DNA of 59,294 bases, the filler included, from Squatina squatina (taxonomy: Eukaryota): NCBI GenBank assembly GCA_031763465.1. It is 3 parts of 3 records of this genome, joined end to end, with 100 filler letters (N's around TTAATTAATTAA, not from the genome) between each part and the next. Parts side by side here need not be neighbours in the genome. Positions count along the whole stretch, not along the records: positions 46,676 to 59,294 come from JARFOE010000046.1; 2 more parts are not named here. One strand, written 5' to 3'. The notes beneath the pieces are model-generated. The model saw nothing but the letters and a program-made list of their open reading frames with translations, searched no databases and was not told the origin of the DNA. A program made the translations under genes and the position numbers. Position 1 is the first letter of the stretch. Each line of letters begins with the position of its first letter. Positions 48,346 through 59,294 of this stretch are shown here, one piece after another.

Positions 48346-49428
48346 NNNNNNNNNNNNNNNNNNNNNNNNNNNNNNNNNNNNNNNNNNNNNNNNNNNNNNN
48401 NNNNNNNNNNNNNNNNNNNNNNNNNNNNNNNNNNNNNNNNNNNNNATATTAAAGTGAAAGGTTTGGACCATCTGACTTCATCAGGTGCTGCACATTAACA
48501 GTAAAATCAATCGCGCCCACCCACTGATGATGTACCATTTTGTAAACTCTCTCTGCTGCAGATCCCGATAGTTGCTGCCGTAGCAGTTCCGCAGCACTGT
48601 GACTCCCCCTCTCCACCTCAAGTCGAGTGGCCATTCTGTGTGCGTGCGCAACAGCAGGCCATTCTACCAGGGGAGGCAGCGGCCAATCAGCCTCCTGCTG
48701 GATGCCCTGGCTCGCGATCGTGGGGGGGGTGGGGGGAGGGCAGAAAGCCTGACTGATCATTTGTTTACCCTTTCTCGCGCCTGGTTAACGCCAGCGGTAA
48801 CTGTAGGTCACAGCACGGGCCAGGAATGGAGACGGAGATCCTCCTGGTCAGAGTGGCTCACCGTCAGCCGGTATGTTTAATGACTTAAAGGGGCAAAGCG
48901 GATGATGCATTAAGTCAAGGTAGCAGGAATACTTACTGCTTACTGTCACCAATAATATCGACACTTAATGTGTTTGCAGTTATCATTCAATACCAATTTA
49001 ATGGAATTAGACTCGTCGACACGCCATTAAAGTTTCACTGTTACAGCAACGTCAATTCTTTGCAGCACTCCTTCATCCTCAAGAAAATTCCCTAACATTC
49101 CATTCCATTGACTTATCTTCGCAATACTCCCCTGCAGCCCAGATATTTGTACAATGACCTCCTGCTGACCCAACAAATGAAGTTTACTCTTTAGTGGCAG
49201 TCTTCACTGTTGAGCTAAAACAGTCAAAACTTTGATCTACTCTCCACCCCTTCTCCCCCCTCCCCACGCTATGGTTTTCAGGTAGGGAGTGAGTCACTGT
49301 ACTTGTGTAAAGAGATGCTGCAACTTTTATGGGGTTTGTCGTACACACAGCTCGTTCAAAGAGACATACATTACCAGGTGTACCATTTGTTTTGCTGGAG
49401 ACTAGCACCTGACGATTCTCATTCTCAC

Positions 49429-49553
49429 CAGCAGGGGCCACTGCTGTTCACATCTTCAGTCTGGGCTAGCCCTCTATCAGCTGCTGCTGAGCATCCAGAA
49501 TAGAAACATCACTTACCTGTGAGAGAAAGAGGGAGAGAGAGAGAAAAAGAAAA
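49429..49553 (-). promoter_or_regulatory. Candidate recursive splice site with 88-nt RS-exon
   Basis: On the minus strand, about 33 nt of pure pyrimidines, ACAG (CAG 49517-49519), GTAAGT immediately after (49511-49516), and a downstream donor CTG|GTGAGA (49423-49428). Confidence 0.6.
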
Positions 49554-52500
49554 CACACACATTTTAAAACATTAACAGTTACACAGAATCATCAAAAACT
49601 ACCTTTGGACTGCCTACTGAGCGGCACTATCTTAGAGGNNNNNNNNNNNNNNNNNNNNNNNNNNNNNNNNNNNNNNNNNNNNNNNNNNNNNNNNNNNNNN
49701 NNNNNNNNNNNNNNNNNNNNNNNNNNNNNNNNNNNNNNGAACCTGAAGAGAAAGTTTGGTCGAACTCATCTGACAAGCATCTAGTCACCAGCAAAAGCCA
49801 ACGGCACAGTTAGGAAGATCAGTCACTGGAAAAGCAGTTTTTAAAAAAGATATAAACTGGAAGAAAATAACAGCTGACTCTGCTTTTAAGAATCTTTTTA
49901 AACATCAAGCGGGAGAGACTGACTTCACAAATTACTACAGTTTTAGCGATCCAGCTGGGGAAACGCTCATCCCCGCTTTCTGCAGCATAAATATTTAATA
50001 CGTGTTCTATCATCTTTATAATTCATTAGTTGAGCTCGCCACTATGAATTGTACACAAGCAGCAGGATGCTACTAATATACTGCAATTGGCCAAAGTAAT
50101 TAAACTGTTTTTAAAGAGTCGCTGCATGCAGTTACAATACTTAAAAATATATATATATCGCGAACAATGACACCCAAAGTAAAATGACACATGATCTTGG
50201 ACTGTGCATACTGGAGCCAAGCAGGATTTAAAGTGCTCCACGCACCACTGCAGGCACTGCCTTTACTAACAATTATAGATTTCTAAAAGTACTGTGGAAA
50301 AAGGGCTGCAGCAAGGCACTCTGGTTATGTCATTCTATTTTTTCACTCCCTCATTTCCCCCCCTCCCGCCGGCCCTTCCTTCATACACTACCTTCTGTGT
50401 AGCAGCTGGACGAGAAGATGGTACTGGGAGGTCTGAAGATGTAAGGCAGGTACCGAGAGAAGCATTTCATCTTCCCAAAAAGAAAATAAGTAAGCGAAGC
50501 CTCTTCAGTCCACGTGAATGGTACTTTTCATTCTCCCCTAGGCAAGGCGCAGGTTTAGGCTTTCACAGCTCGGGTGGGCTGCTGGGGCTGTGCACTGGTC
50601 ATGACTCGGTGTGTACAGTTTTACCATGCTTGCCTCTTCAGACACCAGGGCACAGAGCCTCGCATTTCGGTGGGAATGCTGTACAAGTCCCAAGGCACCA
50701 GGATGCTTAAACCATTGGCCGTTGTCCGCCAGATCAGGAAGTGCTGACTAAGGGGCACTATACAACATTCCAAGCAATGCTGCTAAAACTCACTCCTATG
50801 TCACAAGAACTGCAAGTTAGTAGCAGCCAAGTCAATATTTAGCCTTTCTGAATCCAACTGAATAAAAATGTAGCAGAATCAAATTTTTTTTTAAAAAATG
50901 ACTACACCAAAAGCTTTAATCTTCAGGCAAACGTAAAGTTAAAAAAAAACCTTTAAAAACAATTCACTGTCTGGAACCCTAGTCGTTTGTACGCAGTATA
51001 ATCGAGACGCTTATAGCCATCTCCCTTCTCCAATTTCAAACCACGCAGTCTGCAAATCTTGCTGAAGCCTGCTCCCATTAATCTAAGCAGTCACGTTAGA
51101 GGCTGTACAGTGGGAGAACCTTGCAACCAATTACCAGCACCTTACGTAGCAACAGTGTTAAAAAAAAGCAATACTGCTCTGGTCACAGCAGTGCCAGCAT
51201 TCACTCTTCAACACCCCGCCCCGAGAAGCAAAATTTCAACCAGTATCCTGGTTTTAAAGATTACCTCGACGACAACAACTTGCATTTATATAGCATATNN
51301 NNNNNNNNNNNNNNNNNNNNNNNNNNNNNNNNNNNNNNNNNNNNNNNNNNNNNNNNNNNNNNNNNNNNNNNNNNNNNNNNNNNNNNNNNNNNNNNNNNTT
51401 TAGCCCACAGCAAAAGCAAAGGGCTTAGATAAATCTGAAGTGCATGAAACAACTCAGAGAGCTGATTTTGTGAAGGGCTGTTGTACAGTTACTCCCTTGG
51501 GGAAATAATTTATTCTTTCCAAGATGCACAGTCATTGTCACACATTGAACTGCCAAACTACAAAAAGATTGCCACCCCTCATCTTACAGAAGGCACAATA
51601 ATGGTCTTGGGCATTATAACCACTGAAACCTTAAGGTTTTATAGCCCTCAACTGCAGTCAAAAACCATGTATTGCCGCCGCTGCTTTTACAGTAAGAATC
51701 TACAAAGTGTACATAAAACTGCACACTGTTTCTTAGGTTAACAGTTAAGGTCAGCAGCTCACTACCACACAACCTAGAGTTCAGTCAGCATGTAAAACAC
51801 ATAGCAGTACAGAAATACACATAACCTGTAGCTGTGTAAACTAAGCACCTTATTTCCTCTTACAACCTATCATTGCACAGGTTCAAGGGACCCTGTCAAG
51901 GGAGTCTGGTGTTGACAGTTAGACGCATGTTCAACCTCCTATTATTATTATTATTTTTTTTTAAGAACACGAACACTTTTGTTTTATGCAACCAATGACA
52001 TTTGTAAACAAGCAATTAGCTAGCGCAGCAGCAACAATTACACATCAGTGCTACGATTGTAAAATTTGCATGCAAAAAAAGTCTTTCATGATTTTATGAA
52101 CAAACTGGGATGGGTGGTGGGGGTGGGGGGAGAAGGGGCTTTTAATAATTTGTATGCAATGCTGCCATTCAAAAGGTTACAGCTCTACATGGCACGGAGG
52201 AAATCCGCTCACACAAACGCTCTCCTGTTTTAGCCAGCACCATCAGGGAGGAGGCAGAAGTTGTCACTGTATTACATTACATTTCATATTCGTCTTGTGG
52301 AGTGGGTGGGGGAAATACAATAGGTTTACCTTCTGACACATCCTCGTCAATAGTTCCTTTAACCTGAGAGAAACACCACTGCATTTCGTTTGNNNNNNNN
52401 NNNNNNNNNNNNNNNNNNNNNNNNNNNNNNNNNNNNNNNNNNNNNNNNNNNNNNNNNNNNNNNNNNNNNNNNNNNNNNNNNNNNNNNNNNNNTCAAGCCT

Positions 52501-53145
52501 GCCCTGTCCAGATATACTTTACCCTATCGTGGACTGTCCCCCACTTATTTAATTACTGCAGAGAAAGGTCTACATAAATACCACTTCCCAAAATGAATGA
52601 GGCAAAATTCTGGAATATCTATCCTCCCTCAAATCTCCATCATGCAGTTTTTACCAATTTTCTTCCAGGCGCCAGTCTGCTAACCTAGTTGCTGTGCTGG
52701 GGACGAGCTTCAGTAGGTCAGGATGTCCTTTCTTGTACATGACTTTTCTCAGTGACTTATATAAAGTGAGAAGAATAGTCAACATTGGAAATCCATACTT
52801 TGTGTTCTTTTCTTGCGGAAAGATCTTCAATTAGTGTTAAACACACAAGGTCCGGGCTGATTGTGTTCAGTTTAAATATTTGCTGGTCCTATTATTTTTA
52901 TGTTAGTGTACAACTGAGACGAGATAAGTCATAGTCTCGGTTTTCAACAGCATCATTGAGCAACACTTAATGAAACGATCAAGAGGATTTGTACCATAAT
53001 GATGAAAACACTGAGGAAATTTAAATTTGTTCAATTGTATGAAGANNNNNNNNNNNNNNNNNNNNNNNNNNNNNNNNNNNNNNNNNNNNNNNNNNNNNNN
53101 NNNNNNNNNNNNNNNNNNNNNNNNNNNNNNNNNNNNNNNNNNNNN

Positions 53146-53305
53146 ACAGTATTGTTACTAATTTGGTTAGCCCAATCTATGTGTAGATTAAAGTCACCCA
53201 TGATTACAGCTGTACCCTTATTACACCTGTCTCTAATTTCCTGTTTGTTCCCATCCCCCTGCCATTTTAGTTTAAACCCTCCCCAACAGCACTAGCAAAC
53301 ACTCC
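53146..53305 (-). mobile_element. CR1 ORF1-end/endonuclease fragment (internally deleted)
   Basis: gccattttagtttaaaccctcccc matches 14692-14715, and the minus strand reads AVIMGDFNLHIDW (APE GDFN motif). Confidence 0.8.
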
Positions 53306-54802
53306 CCCTCATAACACTCCTGTGAAGTGTCTTGGGTCGTTTTAATATCTTAAATACAAGTTGTTGTTGTTATATGTTTAAATAAGATGTAATTCAACTG
53401 TAATAAAAAAAAACTTAGTTTCCTTCTCTGTTATCAAATTCCTAAGCTCAGCAAAGACTTCTGCCAGATCCAGCCCTGTGGTGCCTTCAATTGTTAAATC
53501 CAAGTAAATGTTGTCTTTTGCAACTTGAACTGTTCAGATGTCTGTGCTTAGTACCTTCCGAGTGTGCGTTGTCCCGTGTACAACCCAATATGGTTGAATG
53601 ATACTTAGTGATGTGCTGTAACTTGCAGTTACAAATGTGATATTAGCTGAATCAGTAAAATTTAAATAACTTAACCTAGGGAGTGATTTTTCTATCAATT
53701 TAAATGCAATTCGAGTATTCTGGCATAATGGAATTAAACTCGGCTGAGTTCCACTTGAACAAGAGAGTTGTTGGAGTTTAGCACAAAAAGATCATTCACA
53801 CTGCTACACAGAGCTACATTTGTTTCATCCAAGTACTGCATAATAGTTAACTCATGCTCAAGCACAGCTGTCCAGTAATAATATTCTTCCCCTGCCAGCC
53901 TCTGCTTGAAATATATAGAAATCCTTAGGTTCTTATATTATAATTATGCTTTAAGAATGCTCTGAGATTGTTACGTCCTATACAGTCGCTACATGGGTAA
54001 TAGGGATGCTTTGCTTAGATACATAACCAAAGAGGTTGGACAATGTACTACAGTCTACTCTTACTTCTAATTCACTCAATTCAAATGATCTGATTTTGAT
54101 GCAAAAATTCTTTAGCTCCAAATTCCGACTTCCCTATGTTATTCATGTCTCTAGATAATTCAAATGCTTTTTCATGCAAAGGTGACATTGAATTATCAGT
54201 AGGTTGCACATGGAGTGTTATAAAGCAAAGAATGGCTCTACAACTTATAGTCACCATGCCGTTTCTGCATTAATATGCCTCTTAAATGATGCACATACAC
54301 ACTGCAGTGCTAATAATTCCCATTTACTCTCGCTTATTCCATTGCCATGTACTCTGAATGAGCTATGGTACTATTTTGAACGTTAATTATGCCATGACAG
54401 GTGAACAGTGTTTGCAGTGTAAAGGTTATTGCTAGCTGACAGGATTACAACAAAATCTAGCTGTGGGGATTAGAATAAAGCAACCATCTACAGCTAACAT
54501 TTCCTAGTTTCAAAGTAGCCTACAATGGAGAATTAGCACTGTGACTTTGTTATGCACAGGAGAATCAAACCTATATCACTTAATTAGGATCTTGCTAGAT
54601 TAGGTAAAACTCTGTTGTATAAACAATCACTTCTGTACCAGGAAATCTGAATGTTACAGAAAGTGGGCCTCCATTACGTATCTCTAATGATGAGTTAAAT
54701 CAGAAGGAACGTAGCCCAGATGTAAATAATGCTGTTTCTAATCATGAACCCTGTATCCCACTTTTTGACCAAATGCAGTGTCTATAGGCCTGCTCCCATA
54801 AT

Positions 54803-54935
54803 CAGATGCTTCTAAAGAGTGCAGATTGGGAAATCATGGTCCTGCAGCCTATGATTTCCCACCTATTAATTTTAATAGGTAGAAAATCAGTCGGTGGGCC
54901 TGCGATTTCCTGATCTGCACCCCGTGGGAGCACTG
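54803..54935. repeat. Imperfect palindrome of about 130 bp (old hairpin MITE)
   Basis: Outer arms gtgcagattgggaaatc / gatttcctgatctgcac and inner arms acctattaa / ttaataggt. Confidence 0.7.
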
Positions 54936-55299
54936 CTCTGTGCTGAGAATGCTTGATTGCAGAATCAGCCCTTATATTCAGTTTCTGAAATTAGATCAGT
55001 GCAACAACCCTCTTCTTCCACATTCTGACTCACATTACTTGTGGTTTGGCTGAGCTGATCTCTCAAAAAACCTTTCTTGGGTTTCTTGACTTTTGGCTTT
55101 TGCTGTTCTATACAAGTATATTCACCTGCAGAGTTTTTTTTCTCCAATATTCCCTCCGATTATCACCCCTTTCTGCCTTGTAGGCAGTGATACATGCCAN
55201 NNNNNNNNNNNNNNNNNNNNNNNNNNNNNNNNNNNNNNNNNNNNNNNNNNNNNNNNNNNNNNNNNNNNNNNNNNNNNNNNNNNNNNNNNNNNNNNNNNN

Positions 55300-55790
55300 A
55301 GAAAGCCACATTCAGTGAGGGAAAGAAAGATGGGATAAAAAGAGACATAAAAGAGAAAGACAGAAATAAAGTTTAAAAAAAAATTCACCACTTTTTGTAA
55401 ATCTCCAACAATAATTCAATTTTGAAGGAATGAAACTCCACATTTCTAAAATTAAATTTTCAGCGAGGTTGTTTGGCAGTAATTAAGATTTATCATGCTG
55501 TTAAAAATTCACTTACACTTGAATGCACCAGTCCTAACTTTTGCTGGTGTGTTCAGTGGATCACTAATGGGTAAGTACAGCAACTTCACACCCTTACATG
55601 GATTGTAATGCCAAGTCTATCGATAAGGTAGAGTAGTTCATGGAGGAGTAGGGCAAATCGAACAGCAACTACTTGCTTTCCATGTTGAATTGTGTGTGTG
55701 CTGACTCTGGAAGTTGCTGTCTGGTTTACTGTGTAATAAGGGTCAGTGCTAATAGCCTCACCGTTTTTCCTATTGCAAATTCCGGGCCAT
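55300..55790. mobile_element. MITE-like element related to 21962-22674, inverted
   Basis: Shares cagcaact...ggaagttgctgtc and ends in gcaaattccgggccat. Confidence 0.5.
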
Positions 55791-57355
55791 TGTGAAGTAG
55801 GAACTAAGCTTTAAAACTTTCATTTGATTCATGAAAGAGTATAATGACTTAGTCATAAAATGCTGATTACCTGTATTATAGTCACACTGTCCAACATACT
55901 GTTTTGGTTTTTGCCTCAACCAGTGCATTTAGTACTACCTCTTGAATTCAGCTATTTTTTCCAATTATAAGCATAAGACTGAAATATGTCTTTGAAATAT
56001 GTTTCAGTCATTTGCTTCCTGCTTCACTACCTGACCACTGCTTTCGAGATTATTTTTCTATGTTTGTATTGTCAAGCACTTGTTTTTAAATACTGCAGTT
56101 TATCTTTTTATACTATTTGCATTTTTAGCATCTGCCTTGATGGGGACTCAAGGACTTGCCAGTTCTTGTCACATGCCCCAGCCTTCATGCCCCAGCAGCT
56201 CTCTCAGCCCAATTACCTAATTCTCTTGGCTGCTAGTTTACTTTCAGTGACCTCACCGCTCCCACTGCCTGCTTACACTTGAGGGCTTGCCAACACAGGT
56301 GAAGGGGTAAAATGGAAAAGTAAAGGACGAGGAGTGCAAAACGGGTTGGTGATTTGCTCTTGCCCGTTTTCCGCTGTCGCCAAAGATCATTTCCAACTCC
56401 TAACACTTTTACAATATAAATTATAATCAGCGAAAATGAAACTCGATTATTTTTTATCTGTAGGCTTTTTATTTTATACTTTTCTGTTACAAATTTCATA
56501 AATTGTACATAATTCAGTCACCAAGAAAATGCAAACATCAGTTAAAAAGGCCGAAGGTGTCACCTTCAGTGATGGTCGCCAGTGGACCACAAGCCAACCT
56601 CAGAATCATGAAGGCTCGAAGGCATTCCAAACAATAGTTTACATTTTGATAGAAGCTTGACTCCCAAAAAGTATTAGCGACTTTCCCCAATGACTCAGTG
56701 GTTNNNNNNNNNNNNNNNNNNNNNNNNNNNNNNNNNNNNNNNNNNNNNNNNNNNNNNNNNNNNNNNNNNNNNNNNNNNNNNNNNNNNNNNNNNNNNNNNN
56801 NNNTGGTCAGTGTTAGGGGTATGCAACCTGTACAATTGCACAGTCGGCTCCGCATAGGGGGGACCGTGAAATTGCAATCACTGGGCCCCAGTTGGACTCA
56901 GTTCCGAAGCCAAACCTTTGTGCGGAGGGGCCCTCACAAGGCAAACTCCAACAGGCAAACAGCACCCACACTCACAGCAGGAGCAGAACAAATTAAGTAT
57001 CCCCACTTTTCACTGCAGGATAATATACCTTTAGTACCAATTTACACCTCTGTAAATGATTTGTGCTGACAACAGGCCCCGGGACTCACAGCCTTCTCCT
57101 CGCACTTGGTAATATTTTTGGAGCAGTTCTGTTCAAGCAGAATGCCACTGTTTTCACTGTATGTTTTCCTGCCACTGAATTATGGGCTGTTTCTTTTACA
57201 GGGAGACAGGATCAAAAGGAGCTTTTTAAATAAATCAATATCAACTGATTCAAATCCAGCCTCCTCCTAAAATGTCCAGGACACAAATCGAATGATGCAA
57301 AACGGCTGTGCAATTGGGAATTTGATGCATTGGTGAACTGAAAGGCACAGTTAGT

Positions 57356-57520
57356 GGCTGGGATTCCCTTTCGGATTCTCTGGCGGGAGATCAGCGGATC
57401 CTCCAGCGAAATGGCGCCAACCCCTAAAGATGGCCGTTGATGTGCGTCCCTGGCAGTTCAGCTTCTCTCCCGCCAAAGTTCTGGTGACAGGTCAGGAGCA
57501 TCCAATGGAAAATCGAGGCC
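57356..57520. mobile_element. Short GC-rich palindromic MITE
   Basis: Ends GGCTGGGATTCCC / GGAAAATCGAGGCC, with an internal inverted pair tggcgggaga / tctcccgcca. Confidence 0.55.
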
Positions 57521-58305
57521 AATATCTGCAGCTGCTTTAAGTCTATAAACTCCGTTCATTTTTCCAGGTCACGAAAAGATTGAACGGTTTATACTACTGA
57601 TTAATAAGCTGTGACAGTAAATAACCTTTTTCATTACAATTTAGAACTTATTTTTATGTAATATATATTTGTGTGTATATAATATATGTACACCTACAAG
57701 AAGCCAAACACAATTGGATAGAAATTGAAGTCTTGGTTTATAAGAGTCCTTTCAAACTGTCATGATCCCATTGATATGGGATTGCCAGTATTCCATGAAT
57801 AATGTCACCACCCCATACTGTTTTCCTGAGCTTCAGAAAGTCAGCCTGTTAAATTAGCCCTTGACAGAATGTTGAGACAAATTGTTCTGTGGTAATGAGT
57901 GTATTCATTTCTAGTTTGCTGCTTTGCACCTGTTCACAGACCAAAATAGACCTGTACAATATCAAAAGCAGTTAGTGTAACATGAGAACTTGGTACTTAA
58001 CTGTTCCCAGTAACACCTGATCCTCTTAACCTGCTTGAACAGGGGATCTCTTTTCTCCAAGCTACTGCTCTTCAGCTTTTGGTTGGTAATTATTGATGAC
58101 TTCTGAAAATACCGAGGGCTGATTCAGATTTAGAGTCAAATGTTTAACGGCAAATGTGTCTTTTTGTCTTCACAGTAACACACTACATTCAGCAGTGCCG
58201 TGAATATTAAAATCGCACACTGCAGAGTTAGCCACACAAGAAAGAGACAAAACATAATCGTGCAGAATAATTAAAACAGTCACTGCAACATCACGTTGTT
58301 GTTTT

Positions 58306-58499
58306 GGGAACATTGAACGGGAGTCGGCCATTCAGCCCCTCGAGCCTGTTCCACCATTCAATTAGATCGTGGCTGATCTGTATCTAAACTCCATCCACCC
58401 GCCTTGGTTCATAGAAACATAGACATAGAAGATAGGAGCAGGAGTAGGCCATTCGGCCCTTCGAGCCTGCTCCGCCATTCAATGAGATCATGGCTGATC
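58306..58499 (-). mobile_element. Two stacked CR1 3' tails
   Basis: ggccattc(a/g)gccc.tcgagcctg.tcc.ccattcaat.agatc.tggctgatc occurs twice. The second copy is preceded by catagaaacatagacatagaa. Confidence 0.85.
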
Positions 58500-58599
58500 N
58501 NNNNNNNNNNNNNNNNNNNNNNNNNNNNNNNNNNNNNNNNNNNNNNNNNNNNNNNNNNNNNNNNNNNNNNNNNNNNNNNNNNNNNNNNNNNNNNNNNNN

Positions 58600-59113
58600 A
58601 CCATATACAGCACATCATGCAGCTCAATGCTCAGTATCCTGGCAGCAGCCATGATGCTTTCATTCTGCGGCAGTCCACTGTGCCATCTGTATTTGATCCA
58701 CCATGACAAACCAGAGGGTGGCTACTGGGCGACAAGGGCTATCCACTGACCACCTGGCTCATGACTCCAGTGCGCAACCCATGCACACGTGGGCAGCATG
58801 CAAAAACGCAAGCCATTCTGCCGCACAAAATCTGATGGAACAGACCATTGGCATGTTTAAACAATGCTTCCGCTGCCTGGACCCCTCTGGATGATCCTTG
58901 CAGAACTCACCAGTGCACGTCTCAAGATATGTCATGGTCCGCTGCATGCTCCACAACCTCGCCATCATGAGGCCTCAGCCCTTGCCAGCATGTTTATGGC
59001 AAAGAGCTGAGGGGGAAGAGCTGGAGGAGGAAGAGGAAGGGAGGAGGCAACCAACACAGCCTCTATTTGGCCAGTCTGTCTGTGATCGACTCATTCGACA
59101 GCTGCACCAGTGA
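58600..59113 (+). mobile_element. PIF/Harbinger DDE transposase (HARBI1-like) C-terminal half, pseudogenised
   Basis: [58 protein letters not shown] and an acidic tail, with in-frame stops and a frameshift. Confidence 0.95.
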
Positions 59114-59294
59114 ATGTAACCCCAATTCCCCGTTCACCAACAGTCCCACACCTTACCTTCGCTCTGTCACTGACCATCACAGTGTCCTCTTGGCCACAAT
59201 GCAAAAATAAAAGCCACCAAAAACAAAGACTCCAAACTAAATGTTATAAATCAAACCATCCAATACTACACACCAAAGTCAACTAAATCACCCT

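Noticed and set aside
58600-59113. Domesticated HARBI1 gene
   Set aside because: In-frame stops and a frameshift indicate a dead transposon copy.

Overview
This is not prokaryotic DNA. It is repeat-rich jawed-vertebrate DNA, most likely from a shark (inferred from the CR1 tails, DeuSINE/SacSINE1-like SINEs, Penelope termini and Harbinger elements). The draft is heavily gapped, with dozens of 100-N gaps. Two artificial N44-TTAATTAATTAA-N44 linkers (17324-17423, 46576-46675) split it into three segments that may be unrelated. Segment 2 carries four isolated, splice-site-supported exons: CCN3/NOV (-), MAL2 (-), the COLEC10 C-type lectin exon (-) and SAMD12 exon 2 (+). Their order and relative orientation match the human 8q24 block. 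Most of the rest is decayed retroelements and DNA transposons, a 32-bp minisatellite and unique non-coding DNA. The most interesting signals are (i) a strong match to the recursive-splice (ratchet) motif, polyY-CAG|GTAAGT with a following RS-exon, at 49.4-49.55 kb beside a CpG-rich unique block; (ii) minimal hammerhead-ribozyme cores in Penelope termini; (iii) a COLEC10 lectin domain with EPN rather than EPS; and (iv) higher-order structure in the minisatellite. All homology calls come from recalled sequences, not database searches, and repeat boundaries are approximate. I do not see a convincing wholly new biological system.
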